Of a DNA stretch of 64,000 nucleotides, positions 37,360-46,727 are shown piece after piece. Under the pieces are notes generated by a model. The model was not told where the DNA came from and made no database searches. It saw only the letters and a program-made list of their open reading frames with translations. This stretch comes from an uncultured bacterium (lineage in GTDB: Bacteria; Acidobacteriota; Aminicenantia; Aminicenantales; Aminicenantaceae), in assembly GCA_965533275.1 (NCBI GenBank), contig CBESWG010000009.1:6300-70299 (forward strand). Reading direction: 5' to 3'. The translations under genes were made by a program, and so were the position numbers. Every line of letters starts with the position of its first letter. Positions within the stretch are counted from its first letter, which is position 1.

Positions 37360-38697
37360 ATGCGATCCTCAAGCTTGATATTGGGTCTGCTGCTGGTTTT
37401 TTCAGGCCTTCTCTCTGCTCAGGGCTTGTTCGAGGAGGCGACTCAGGAGAAAGAGGGCCCTATCGAGGCACTCGATCTGGGAGGATATCTCCGGAGCACG
37501 CTTTACGCGGGGCAGGCCGCATCTCCGGATGCAGGGCAGATCAAGAGCGGGTATGGCGAATTTTCCCTGAAGGCCAGAACGACTGTGGAGGATTTCGGGG
37601 GCGCCTTCGCTGAGGTGAGGTTTCGGGAAGGCATGGAATTCGAACAGAGGATCTCCCGGTTCACGCTGCGGGAGGCCTATATCGATGCATATGCTGGGAG
37701 GTTCGATATCCGTGTCGGCCACCAGATCGTGGTCTGGGGGAGAGCCGACGGCCTCAATCCAACAGATAGCATCACGCCCAGGGATATGCTGGCCCGTTCG
37801 CCTGATGAGGATGACCGCAGGTTGGCAAATTTCCTGCTTCGTACCTATTACAATGCCCCTCATGTGCGGATGGAGGGAATCTGGATCCCGTTCTACAAAC
37901 CTTCGAGGATCCCCACGGAATTCATCTCCTTCCCGGAGAATGTCCTATATGGGGGGCACGATTACCCCTCGGCCAGGCTCGAGGACAGCGCGTTCGCGTT
38001 CCGGCTCAACCTGGAGCTTCCCTCCCTGGATGGCTCCCTGTCCTATTTCAATGGCCACAATCCTTCTCCAGGTATGAACGCAGAGCTGCTGCCCATAACT
38101 CCTCCCGAGGCTCCCGTTCCCATCGTGAATGCATTCCTCAAGAGCTACCGGATGCAGGTGATCGGCGCAGATTTTGCCACAACTCTAGGGAGCTTCGGGC
38201 TGAGGGGCGAGGCTGCCTATCGCTGGCCCCACGAGGACTCCAAGGCCTCGGTCTATGTTATCAATCCCGATCTGTATTATGTGCTGGGGATCGACCGGGA
38301 ATTTTCGGGAGGCCTCAGCCTGATCCTCCAATATCTGGGGCGCTACGTGACCGACTTCGAAGAACCGCGGCCGCCTCAGGATCCTGGCCTGCTTCCGCTT
38401 TTTCGGTTGGATGAAAAAAACCGCCTTTTGGCATCCCAGCAGCATGAGCTCAGCCATGCCCTCACCATGAGGATAGCCCAGAGCCTAAGGTACGAAACCC
38501 TGAACCTGGAGCTCATGGGATATGTCAACCTGACCACAGAGGAATTCTTTGTCAAGCCCAAGGTCACCTACCGCATCACCGATGCGCTCAAACTGATCGC
38601 GGGGGGGGAGTGGTATCAGGGCCCCACAGATACGCTGTTCGATCTGATGGATCCTCATCTGAGCGCCTTTTTCGGGGAGCTGAGGCTCTCGTTCTGA
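37360..38697 (+). CDS. outer-membrane beta-barrel protein (DUF1302-like, porin-like)
   Basis: Start at ATG 37360 with GGAGG upstream. It has a signal peptide (LILGLLLVFSGLLSAQG), alternating amphipathic strands, and a C-terminal ..LRLSF aromatic terminus. Confidence 0.55.
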   Translation: MRSSSLILGLLLVFSGLLSAQGLFEEATQEKEGPIEALDLGGYLRSTLYAGQAASPDAGQIKSGYGEFSLKARTTVEDFGGAFAEVRFREGMEFEQRISRFTLREAYIDAYAGRFDIRVGHQIVVWGRADGLNPTDSITPRDMLARSPDEDDRRLANFLLRTYYNAPHVRMEGIWIPFYKPSRIPTEFISFPENVLYGGHDYPSARLEDSAFAFRLNLELPSLDGSLSYFNGHNPSPGMNAELLPITPPEAPVPIVNAFLKSYRMQVIGADFATTLGSFGLRGEAAYRWPHEDSKASVYVINPDLYYVLGIDREFSGGLSLILQYLGRYVTDFEEPRPPQDPGLLPLFRLDEKNRLLASQQHELSHALTMRIAQSLRYETLNLELMGYVNLTTEEFFVKPKVTYRITDALKLIAGGEWYQGPTDTLFDLMDPHLSAFFGELRLSF

Positions 38698-38711
38698 TAA
38701 GGAGAAATCCG

Positions 38712-39362
38712 ATGGCCCAAAAAACAAAACCGGAAGGCGAGATGGAACCCCGTGAACGGATCCTGGCGGCCGCAGTGCCTCTCTTCGCTCAGAAGGGCTA
38801 TGCGGCCGTGGGGGTCAGGGAGATCGCGGCCGCAGGCGGCGTCAATATCTCCATGATCTCCTACTATTTCGAGGGTAAGGTTGGGATCCTCAAGGCGATC
38901 ATGGCATCATTTTTTGAAGATTACCTCAAGGTCTTCGATGTCCCCGATGCAGACAGCAAGAGCGCCGAAGACTGTGCCCGCGAGATCGTGGGCGGCTTAG
39001 TCCGATATGTGCGGGATAACCTCGACCTGGCCCTGGTGGCCTACAACGAGCTTCCCCTGGAAGTCCCCGAGATCGCCGAGATCAAGGTGGAGTGGGTCAA
39101 GCGCATGCTTAAGCGGGCCTCATGGATCCTCGTCCGGCTGGGACTGGACCCCAAGGACGGGATCCAGATCGGAGTGGTAGGCCCCACGCTGTTCTCCCTG
39201 GTGATGATGCACTTCCGCATCCGCTCCATCCAGCGCGTGGTGTTCGGGCTGCGTTTCGACGATGCCTTTTATGAGCGCTTCGTGCAAACCGCGGCCACCC
39301 TGTTCCTGGACGGGATCCATGGGATCGCGTCCCAGGACATCACGCGAGAGGAGTCCCTATGA
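38712..39362 (+). CDS. TetR/AcrR-family transcriptional regulator
   Basis: Start at ATG 38712 with AAGGAG upstream. The N-terminal HTH (RILAAAVPLFAQKGYAAVGVREIAAAGGVNISMISYYF) is the TetR signature. Confidence 0.75.
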   Translation: MAQKTKPEGEMEPRERILAAAVPLFAQKGYAAVGVREIAAAGGVNISMISYYFEGKVGILKAIMASFFEDYLKVFDVPDADSKSAEDCAREIVGGLVRYVRDNLDLALVAYNELPLEVPEIAEIKVEWVKRMLKRASWILVRLGLDPKDGIQIGVVGPTLFSLVMMHFRIRSIQRVVFGLRFDDAFYERFVQTAATLFLDGIHGIASQDITREESL

Positions 39363-41632
39363 GCAAAGTGGCCGATCGAATCATACGTTTCCGTTGGATC
39401 ATCATCCTCGGTTTCCTGGCACTGTCGCTGTTATTCGGGCGCCAGATCCCCAAGGCCCAGATCGAATCCGACATGAAATCGATGCTTCCTCCAGGCATCG
39501 AATCGCGTATAAATACAGACACCATCGACGAGATTTTCGGCGGGACCGAGATGCTGATGATCCTGGTTCAGGCCGACGATGTCCTCGCACCGGAGACCCT
39601 GGGGCGCGTGAAGAGCCTGTCCCGCCAGCTGAAACGGATCAAGGGAGTGGACAAGGTCCTCTCCCTTTTCGAGCTGAAAAACATCAAGTCTGGGGAGGGG
39701 GCCATGGTCGTGGAGCCGGCCGTGTACCGCATCCCCAAGACACAGGAGGAACAGGAGGAACTGCGCCTGGAGATCCGAGGCAACGACATTGTGTTCGGGA
39801 GCGTGGTTTCCGAGGACTTCCAGCTCACCGCCGTCATCGCCATGCTCAAGACCGATGTCTCCGATGACTTCATCGTCACCGAAGTGAGGCAGCTGCTGGA
39901 AAAAAATCCCGGGCCGGAGGAGATCTTCCTGGGAGGGCTGCCGTATACACGCTTCGAGGTGGCGGGGAGCATCCGGAGCGACCTGAGCCGCCTGCTCCCC
40001 CTTGGACTCCTGATCATGCTGATCTTCCTCTTCCTGTGCTTTCGTCAGCTCCGCGGAGTTGTCCTGCCTTTCCTTGTGGTCGTCATGTCCATCGCATTCA
40101 CGATGGGGCTGATCTCTGTCCTGGGTTGGAAGATCCAGATTGTCACCGTACTGCTTCCCGTCATGCTGATCGCCATCGCCAATGACTATGGGATCCACCT
40201 CATTGCTAAATACCAGGAATACAACACAGAGGGAAACACCCTATCCAGCAGGGATCTGGCCATGAACGTGTTTCTATCGCTCAGCCGCCCTGTGGTCCTG
40301 ACCGGGTTGACCAGCATCGCGGGGATGCTGTGTCTGCTGGGGCACATCATCATCCCGGCACGCGAATTGAGCGTGCTGGCCGCGATCGGCATTCTTTTCG
40401 CCCTGACGGCCAGCCTGCTCTTCATCCCGTCTGTCCTGTCTCTCCTGCCCAAGCCCAGGCCCATCCTCCAAACGGCAGGGAGTGAAGGCGGCCGGAAGCG
40501 GATCCTCGAGCGCATCCTGGGATCTCTGGGTCGTTTTGTCTCATCCCATCCCAAGGCCATCATTGTTGTCTCCCTGATGCTTGCCATCGGGACTTCGGCG
40601 GGGATATTCTTTCTGGTCATCGACACGGACCCGGTGAACTACTATGCAGAGGACCATCCGATAGCCCGTTCTGCAGAGCTGGTCAATGAGAAACTGGGCG
40701 GGGCCCAGAACATTTCCGTGATCTATCAGGGTGACATCAAGGATCCCGGGATCATGCGGAAGATCGACGCCATGGAACAGGAACTGATGAGCTGGCCCGA
40801 TGTGGGCACTACCTCCTCCATCGCCCGGGTGTTGCGTCAGATGAGCCGTGCCCTGCACGACTCGAGTGAAGAAGGCTATGACCGTATCCCGGAGGAACGG
40901 AATGGCGTGGCCCAGTATTTCGAGCTGTACGCCATGAGCGGCGATCCAGAGGATTTCGAGAAGATGGTGGACTTCCCCTATGAACATGCCATGGTTACCG
41001 CCCGGCTCAAGACCTCGAGTACCAAAAAACTGGATTCCATACTGGGACGGCTGAATGATCTGGTCCGGGAGGACGCGGATGTCAAACTGGTGGGTGGATT
41101 CGGAGCCATACTGCTGGAGTTGGCGATTGGCGTGGTCAACGGCCAGATCCTGTCGCTGATCCTGGCTATCCTGGTGGTCGGGGCGCTCCTCATGCTGCTC
41201 TTCCGTTCGGTGGCGGCCGGTGTCATTTCCGCGATCCCGCTGGCTCTCTCCATCGCCGTCCTGTTCGGCTTGATGGGATTCTTCAAGATCGAGCTCAATG
41301 TGGCCACGGCCATGCTGTCGTCCATCATGATCGGAGTAGGGGTGGACTATACCATCCATTTCCTGTGGCGGTACCGGGAGGAGCGCAGGCAGGGTAAGGA
41401 TCCTGCGGTCGCGGTGAAAGCAACCCTGTCTACTACCGGGCGTGGTATCATCTTCAATGCCCTCTCGGTTGTCATCGGATTTGCAGTGCTCATGAGCTCG
41501 GGCTTCCTGCCCGTACGGTTTTTTGGATTCCTGATCGTGGTGTCTATCATGTCCTGCCTGATCGGGGCCCTGATCCTGATCCCAGCCCTATGCCTGGTGC
41601 TCCGCCCGCGATTTCTGGAGCCCAATAGTTGA
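39359..41632 (+). CDS. MMPL/RND-superfamily exporter (HpnN-like, COG1033)
   Basis: 757 aa with two 6-TM bundles, each followed by a large periplasmic loop. Overlaps the TetR stop by 4 nt. Confidence 0.8.
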   Translation: MSKVADRIIRFRWIIILGFLALSLLFGRQIPKAQIESDMKSMLPPGIESRINTDTIDEIFGGTEMLMILVQADDVLAPETLGRVKSLSRQLKRIKGVDKVLSLFELKNIKSGEGAMVVEPAVYRIPKTQEEQEELRLEIRGNDIVFGSVVSEDFQLTAVIAMLKTDVSDDFIVTEVRQLLEKNPGPEEIFLGGLPYTRFEVAGSIRSDLSRLLPLGLLIMLIFLFLCFRQLRGVVLPFLVVVMSIAFTMGLISVLGWKIQIVTVLLPVMLIAIANDYGIHLIAKYQEYNTEGNTLSSRDLAMNVFLSLSRPVVLTGLTSIAGMLCLLGHIIIPARELSVLAAIGILFALTASLLFIPSVLSLLPKPRPILQTAGSEGGRKRILERILGSLGRFVSSHPKAIIVVSLMLAIGTSAGIFFLVIDTDPVNYYAEDHPIARSAELVNEKLGGAQNISVIYQGDIKDPGIMRKIDAMEQELMSWPDVGTTSSIARVLRQMSRALHDSSEEGYDRIPEERNGVAQYFELYAMSGDPEDFEKMVDFPYEHAMVTARLKTSSTKKLDSILGRLNDLVREDADVKLVGGFGAILLELAIGVVNGQILSLILAILVVGALLMLLFRSVAAGVISAIPLALSIAVLFGLMGFFKIELNVATAMLSSIMIGVGVDYTIHFLWRYREERRQGKDPAVAVKATLSTTGRGIIFNALSVVIGFAVLMSSGFLPVRFFGFLIVVSIMSCLIGALILIPALCLVLRPRFLEPNS

Positions 41633-41661
41633 GAAAGGCGAGAACGAAAAAGGAGATCGAT

Positions 41662-42465
41662 ATGCGGATAAGAACGAAGATTATTGCCTGGACAGGGATA
41701 GTACTAGCCTGTCAAATGGCCTGGGGAGACCAAGACCCGTTGCCGGCCCGGGAGATCGTGGACCGATCCTTCAAGGTCACCAAGCTGATGGGCGCCGAGA
41801 TGCTGTCCACTATGACCATCATCGATGGACGGGGCCGCGAGCGGGTCAGGGAACTCGCCTCGGTCTCCAAGCTCTATGACGATGGGGCCACAGAGAAGCG
41901 CCTGATCCGGTTCCTCGCTCCCGCGGATGTCGAGGGAACCGGCCTGTTGACTTTTGACTATGAGGGCAGGGACGATGATATGTGGCTCTTCATGCCGGCC
42001 CTGCGTAAGACGCGGCGGATCGTGAGTACCGAGAAAGCGAAGAATTTCATGGGTTCAGAGTTCACCTATGCCGACATGACGCCTCCGGTGCTGGAGGATT
42101 TTACCTACGCCCTGCTCGGTGAAAAAGAGCAGGACGGGATTGCCTGCTGGGAGATCGAGATGATCCCGGTGAACGAGGATGTTGCGGACGAGAACGGCTT
42201 TTCCAAGCGTGTCGTGCGCATAGGGAAACAGGACTTTGTGCTCCGCCATGCCTTCTATTTCGACCTGGACGGCGAGCTGCAGAAGGAGCTGGAGGTGCTG
42301 GAGATCCAGGAGGTGGATACAACGTTGCACAGATTCAGACCCACACATATGGTCATGACAAACCTCCTGAACGACAGGAAGTCTGTGCTCAAGGTGGATA
42401 AGATCGTTTTTAGTCCGGATGTTAAGGATGAGTTTTTCTCTACGCGCTATCTCGAACGCTACTAA
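41662..42465 (+). CDS. outer-membrane lipoprotein-sorting (LolA-like) protein
   Basis: Start at ATG 41662 with AAAAGGAG upstream. It has a signal peptide and LolA-like fold features. This class is commonly co-encoded with MMPL/RND exporters. Confidence 0.6.
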   Translation: MRIRTKIIAWTGIVLACQMAWGDQDPLPAREIVDRSFKVTKLMGAEMLSTMTIIDGRGRERVRELASVSKLYDDGATEKRLIRFLAPADVEGTGLLTFDYEGRDDDMWLFMPALRKTRRIVSTEKAKNFMGSEFTYADMTPPVLEDFTYALLGEKEQDGIACWEIEMIPVNEDVADENGFSKRVVRIGKQDFVLRHAFYFDLDGELQKELEVLEIQEVDTTLHRFRPTHMVMTNLLNDRKSVLKVDKIVFSPDVKDEFFSTRYLERY

Positions 42466-42734
42466 CTATTCATGAAGACTGTCGACATTTTCGAGCAAAA
42501 ATATCAAAGATCTCTACGTCGACAGTCTTCACCCTCCGGGCGAACCGATCTTGGCACATCGACTTTGTCATGGCCCAATCGCCGTAGATTACTACGGCTC
42601 ATGAGCCATTTCCTTATCGCTGCACCAACCTCGGCCCGTGAGTGATTCAATCGTGTCCCTCGTTACCCTCCGGGCGAGCCAATCTCCCGCTATCGACTTC
42701 GTTGCGTCGGACTCATAGTCGAAGGGAGGGCGGG

Positions 42735-42763
42735 TTGACAAAAAGGCAGGGGAGAGCTACATT
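42735..42763 (+). promoter_or_regulatory. sigma70-like promoter for tRNA-Gly
   Basis: TTGACA (42735..42740), a 17 nt spacer, then TACATT (42758..42763), ending 12 nt upstream of the tRNA 5' end. Confidence 0.5.
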
Positions 42764-42775
42764 CTAGGGCACGAC

Positions 42776-42848
42776 GCGGACATAGCTCAGTTGGTAGAGC
42801 ACGAGCTTCCCATGCTCGGGGTCGCGGGTTCGAATCCCGTTGTCCGCT
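42776..42848 (+). tRNA. tRNA-Gly (anticodon CCC)
   Basis: GCGGACATAGCTCAGTTGGTAGAGCACGAGCTTCCCATGCTCGGGGTCGCGGGTTCGAATCCCGTTGTCCGCT folds as a cloverleaf with anticodon loop TTCCCAT and T loop TTCGAAT. No CCA is encoded, and a T-run follows. Confidence 0.85.
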
Positions 42849-42863
42849 TTTTTTATTTCTATC

Positions 42864-43661
42864 ATGAAAATATGGCGGTTGATCCTGGATCCGGAGCCCG
42901 GCGAGGGCTCCTGGAACATGGCCGTAGATGACTTCCTATTCCAATCCCTCGAGGCGGAGCCGGTCACCTTCCTCAGGTTCTACTCCTGGGCAGCTCCCAC
43001 TGTGTCCTTGGGTTATTCACAGAAGGTGGGCAGTGTGTTGGACAGGATTTACTGTCACCGGGAAGGAATCGCCGTGGTCCGCCGGATCACGGGAGGTAAG
43101 CTGGTCCTGCATGACCGCGAAATCACATATTCAGTCTGTTCGAGCGATGCCGATACGTTCGGCAAAACACTGGCCGAATCCTACCGCCGGATCTCATCGG
43201 GCCTGATCCGGGGCCTGGAGCGAATGGGCCTGAATCCAGCCCTGGCCGGCGCGCCTCCCCCAGCATATTCCCGGGGAGATCTGCCCTGTTTCTCCTATCC
43301 TGCCAGGGACGAGATCGAGGTTGCCGGCCGTAAGATCGTGGGCAGTGCCCAGAAGAGAGTGGGCGAGAGGTTTCTGCAGCACGGATCGATCCCCCTGAAA
43401 GAAGACAACGAGCGGCTTCGGCATGTCTCTCTACTCGAAGGAAAAGGAGGAGAGCACATACGGATGCTCTCTCTCTCCCAAGCGTTGGGCAAGCCCGTAG
43501 ATTTCCGGTGGGCCGTGGAGCAAATGGCCACAGGCATGGCCGAGTACTTCGGTGTCACGCTGGAACCCATGACGTTCTCGCCGGAAATGAAGGAGGCCAT
43601 CACCAGGCTCCAGCGGGACCGGCACCAGAATCCCAATTGGATCTGGGGTGCGTCCCGCTAG
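42864..43661 (+). CDS. lipoate-protein ligase / octanoyltransferase-family protein (BPL/LPL catalytic domain only)
   Basis: Start at ATG 42864. Contains LRFYSWAAPTVSLGY, RRITGGKLVLHD, and the conserved Lys in RKIVGSAQKR. Confidence 0.7.
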   Translation: MKIWRLILDPEPGEGSWNMAVDDFLFQSLEAEPVTFLRFYSWAAPTVSLGYSQKVGSVLDRIYCHREGIAVVRRITGGKLVLHDREITYSVCSSDADTFGKTLAESYRRISSGLIRGLERMGLNPALAGAPPPAYSRGDLPCFSYPARDEIEVAGRKIVGSAQKRVGERFLQHGSIPLKEDNERLRHVSLLEGKGGEHIRMLSLSQALGKPVDFRWAVEQMATGMAEYFGVTLEPMTFSPEMKEAITRLQRDRHQNPNWIWGASR

Positions 43662-43715
43662 GTTGATTTTTTGCGACGCAGGTGTTAGCATTTTCCTTGG
43701 TTCAAGGATGTCAAA

Positions 43716-44609
43716 ATGAATGAAGTCGAAGAACTCCTCAAGCTTGATGTCGAGTCTCTGCCCAAGCTTAAACCCGTCTTGTTCGATGATCTCCACCAGA
43801 AGGTTCTCAAGAACCTCTATCTGGAGCTCGGATCAGGACCAGTACTGTATCTACTGTCTGCGTCCTATACGATCATCAATCCCAGCCCCAATGAGGTCAT
43901 AAACGAGTTGATCACCAAGAGGGCCGATGTCCTCAATTTCATCAAGGAATACATCTGCCGCAACCTCTCCGTGTACTCAGTGCTGATGGATGTCAACAGC
44001 TACTTCATAGAGCAGAACAATCACCTCCTGCTAGCCAGGCTGCGCGAGCGGGATTCGGGTGGCCGGCACTACGAGATCAAATACTACACGCATTCTCCTC
44101 TCGAGCTCGTGAAAAATTACAGTGACAAGATCTACATCGGCAGGGATTTTATCGACCTGTTCCAGTTCAAACGCAAGTATTTCGGGATCAAGGAATTCAT
44201 CACATCTCTCAAGGACCAGAATGATGTCCTGCTGGAAAAGGCCGAAGAAAAATTGCGTCGGCCCGTGAAGTATAAATCGTTTTTCCAGGAGATCAGCGAG
44301 TATGTGAATGAACTCCATTCGGAGAGTTTCGACATCCTTCAGTCCGTGCCGCCCCACCTGGACATCGATAAGCTGTCTGGGAATGATCTGATCGACATCA
44401 ACGCCCAGTACAGGAGTATCAATCACTTCCTGATCGAACTGAGGGACGAGGTGGTGGAGTTCGAGAACCTGCTTTTCAAGAGCGAGGGCGGATATGCCCG
44501 CTACATCACCAAATACAAGAAAGACATCGCCAATCTCATCTCATACTTCAATATCAAGATCCATGGATTCCTCTCGGACAAGATCTATCACCTGAAAGCT
44601 CACCGCTGA
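43716..44609 (+). CDS. hypothetical protein (AT-rich orphan, K/N/Y/I-rich, 297 aa)
   Basis: A long uninterrupted ORF. GC is about 48% by hand count, against about 60-65% in the flanks. No motif is recognised. It is followed by a strong hairpin terminator. Confidence 0.5.
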   Translation: MNEVEELLKLDVESLPKLKPVLFDDLHQKVLKNLYLELGSGPVLYLLSASYTIINPSPNEVINELITKRADVLNFIKEYICRNLSVYSVLMDVNSYFIEQNNHLLLARLRERDSGGRHYEIKYYTHSPLELVKNYSDKIYIGRDFIDLFQFKRKYFGIKEFITSLKDQNDVLLEKAEEKLRRPVKYKSFFQEISEYVNELHSESFDILQSVPPHLDIDKLSGNDLIDINAQYRSINHFLIELRDEVVEFENLLFKSEGGYARYITKYKKDIANLISYFNIKIHGFLSDKIYHLKAHR

Positions 44610-44631
44610 GAAAGAGATAATCGGAAAAAAA

Positions 44632-44653
44632 AGGCCCGATGCTCGCATCGGGC
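44632..44653. terminator. bidirectional rho-independent terminator hairpin
   Basis: GGCCCGATG-CTCG-CATCGGGCC is a perfect 9 bp stem. It is flanked by A8 on the left (a U-run for the minus-strand transcript) and CTTTTC on the right. It sits between convergent genes. Confidence 0.6.
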
Positions 44654-44675
44654 CTCATCGCTTTTCGCAGAAAAA

Positions 44676-45977
44676 CTAATCCTGCTGTTTTTTGTTGATG
44701 TGGATGTCGGCGTAGGTGGTTGAGAGGAGGATGAGGGGGGGCTGATCATCCGGGAAAGCCTTGAGTATGGATTGGCCGTTGGTCACATTGACCGCTGGCT
44801 CTTCGGACAGTCCCCAGTGGATGGTGCCGTTCTTGGCCTGTGCTTCCAGCGAACGCCGGATACCCTGGGGCCAGCGCAGAGCGATCTTGCAGTAGGTCCC
44901 CCTGACTTCCAGGGGAAGATCCAGTGACGCCGGCAGGAGGGTCAGCCGGCCGTTGTCCAGCGTGATCACCGTATCTCCCGTGAAATCCTCCAGTTCGACA
45001 TCCCGGTAGCTCGTATTAATAAGGATCCTTTCACTCACCAGTCCCTGGGCCCAGAGGCCCAGATCACGGCCCGCCACTTCCACGTCCCCCCGAATGTTCT
45101 CCAACTGGATGCGGGCGTAGCGGTCCTGGATCTCAACACCGTCTCGAGCCCCCACGATGGAGATGGGAGAGTTGTCCCCCCGGATGTGCACGGCCCCCAC
45201 ATCTTCGAGCGTGATCCGTTCATAGGAACTGTCGATATTGACGGGGCCGGCCAAGCTCTTCCCGTAGATCTGGACATGCGGGCCTTCGACGATCACATCC
45301 TTTTCCAGGCCGTCCAGCTCGAGCCTTCCGAAGCGATGGGTCACCAGCGTCGAGCCCTTCACGCCCGTCAGCTTCACAGTGGATTGACGGCTTCCCACGT
45401 GGCAGTCCAGAAGCACGTTCTCCACCGATACATCCTCATAGCTGTTCTCGATGGTGAGGTTTCCGGCAATGTCCCAGGCACGGACCTCGCCGTTGCGGTT
45501 CACGATGTCCGCCTCTCCCACCTTTTGGACCTGAACGGCCCCATAGCGGTTCTTGACCTGTATGTCTGTTCCTTCCGGAACGATGAGCGTGAAATCGGTA
45601 TGAAAGTTTCGGCGGTCGATCTCGTCCCGGTTGGTGGATACAGTGAGGACTTGGTCTTTTTGTTCCAGGATAAGCAGAATCTGATCGGCGATCTCTTTGG
45701 CCGTTTCTTCCCTGCGCCGGCGGATGCGCCTGTCCAGACGGATCTGAAGTCTGTTTTCAGGTGTCCCCTGGACTTCGATGCGGCCGCTCCGGTTGACCAC
45801 CTGGATCTCTGTTGGGAAGGGGGGATCCAGGGTCTCGGTATCCGTGTAGGTGAATTCCTCTGTGTCGAAGAAGAATCCCTCTTCCCAGTCAAAGTCCCAT
45901 TTGCCGGTGTAGATGTGGGTGAAGACCACACCCACGGCAATGATCAGGATCAGGAAAAAAACCTCTCTGAGTTTCAT
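44676..45977 (-). CDS. DUF4097-domain (YvlB-like putative adhesin / beta-helix) membrane-anchored protein
   Basis: Start trimmed to MKLREVFFLILIIAVGVV (N-terminal TM). It carries repetitive beta-strand repeats (..VQVQKVGEADIVNRNGEVRAWDIAGNLTIENSYEDVSVENV..). Confidence 0.6.
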   Translation of the reverse strand: MKLREVFFLILIIAVGVVFTHIYTGKWDFDWEEGFFFDTEEFTYTDTETLDPPFPTEIQVVNRSGRIEVQGTPENRLQIRLDRRIRRRREETAKEIADQILLILEQKDQVLTVSTNRDEIDRRNFHTDFTLIVPEGTDIQVKNRYGAVQVQKVGEADIVNRNGEVRAWDIAGNLTIENSYEDVSVENVLLDCHVGSRQSTVKLTGVKGSTLVTHRFGRLELDGLEKDVIVEGPHVQIYGKSLAGPVNIDSSYERITLEDVGAVHIRGDNSPISIVGARDGVEIQDRYARIQLENIRGDVEVAGRDLGLWAQGLVSERILINTSYRDVELEDFTGDTVITLDNGRLTLLPASLDLPLEVRGTYCKIALRWPQGIRRSLEAQAKNGTIHWGLSEEPAVNVTNGQSILKAFPDDQPPLILLSTTYADIHINKKQQD

Positions 45978-46195
45978 GGCTGGCCCTGTGTTCCGGCCCC
46001 CTCCTGTCCTTCCTTCTGTTCCTTGAGGCCGAAGTACAGCTTCCAGACTCCCCAGAAGATGAGGATCAGGGGCCAAAGCCGGGCCGCGAAATCAAAGACG
46101 TTGATGTTCAGGCTGTCAGTGATGAAGATCGATCCGATCAGGATCAGGATGATCCCCCACACCAGTGCGTTTCTGTTCCGTGCGGTAGCCATCAT
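45974..46195 (-). CDS. small membrane protein (LiaF/DUF5668-like TM segment)
   Basis: 73 aa with two TM helices (LVWGIILILIGSIFI / LWPLILIFWGVWKL). Overlaps its neighbours by 4 nt. Confidence 0.45.
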   Translation of the reverse strand: MMATARNRNALVWGIILILIGSIFITDSLNINVFDFAARLWPLILIFWGVWKLYFGLKEQKEGQEGAGTQGQP

Positions 46196-46698
46196 TCTTC
46201 TCCTTTCCGGTCCGGGCCGCCTCGGACGTAGTCGATGATCATCTTCACGCCGATGAGGACCACGGCCACGGGCAGCAGATCCCAGAGCGTGGCGTAGCGG
46301 ATCAGCTCGAAGTTGGCCAGCAGCAGGACGATCCCGAGGGAGATGAGAACGATCCCCCAGAATACCGAGCCGGCCGTTACGGCGGCGGGGATCTGCTCCA
46401 GTTCGTCACCATATTCCTCGGGTTCCTGGTTCAGGGCCCGCATGTTGATGAGCCTTGCGCTGTGCACGGCGTCATAGATCTGGAAACAGTAGAATGCTGC
46501 GAGCATGAGGGCGATGAACACGTCCATGCCGATGTTGCGGGCCAGCATGGTGATCAGGCTGGCCAGGGTGAAGACGTATAGGAAAAACCGACCGACCTGG
46601 CCGTTATAGAGTGCTCCCGTACCCGGGAAAAAGAAAGCCAGCACTCCGGCTAACCCCGGTGACTTGGGGGGGCGTCTTACGATCACTTTTTCTTCCAT
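46192..46698 (-). CDS. membrane protein with TM2/PspC-like N-terminal domain and LiaF-like C-terminal TM segment
   Basis: Start at ATG 46698 with GGAGG 8 nt upstream. Contains RRPPKSPGLAGVLAFFFPGTGALYNGQ and a C-terminal WGIVLISLGIVLLL segment. Confidence 0.5.
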   Translation of the reverse strand: MEEKVIVRRPPKSPGLAGVLAFFFPGTGALYNGQVGRFFLYVFTLASLITMLARNIGMDVFIALMLAAFYCFQIYDAVHSARLINMRALNQEPEEYGDELEQIPAAVTAGSVFWGIVLISLGIVLLLANFELIRYATLWDLLPVAVVLIGVKMIIDYVRGGPDRKGEE

Positions 46699-46727
46699 TG
46701 TGTGTACCTCCATATCGATATATATGT

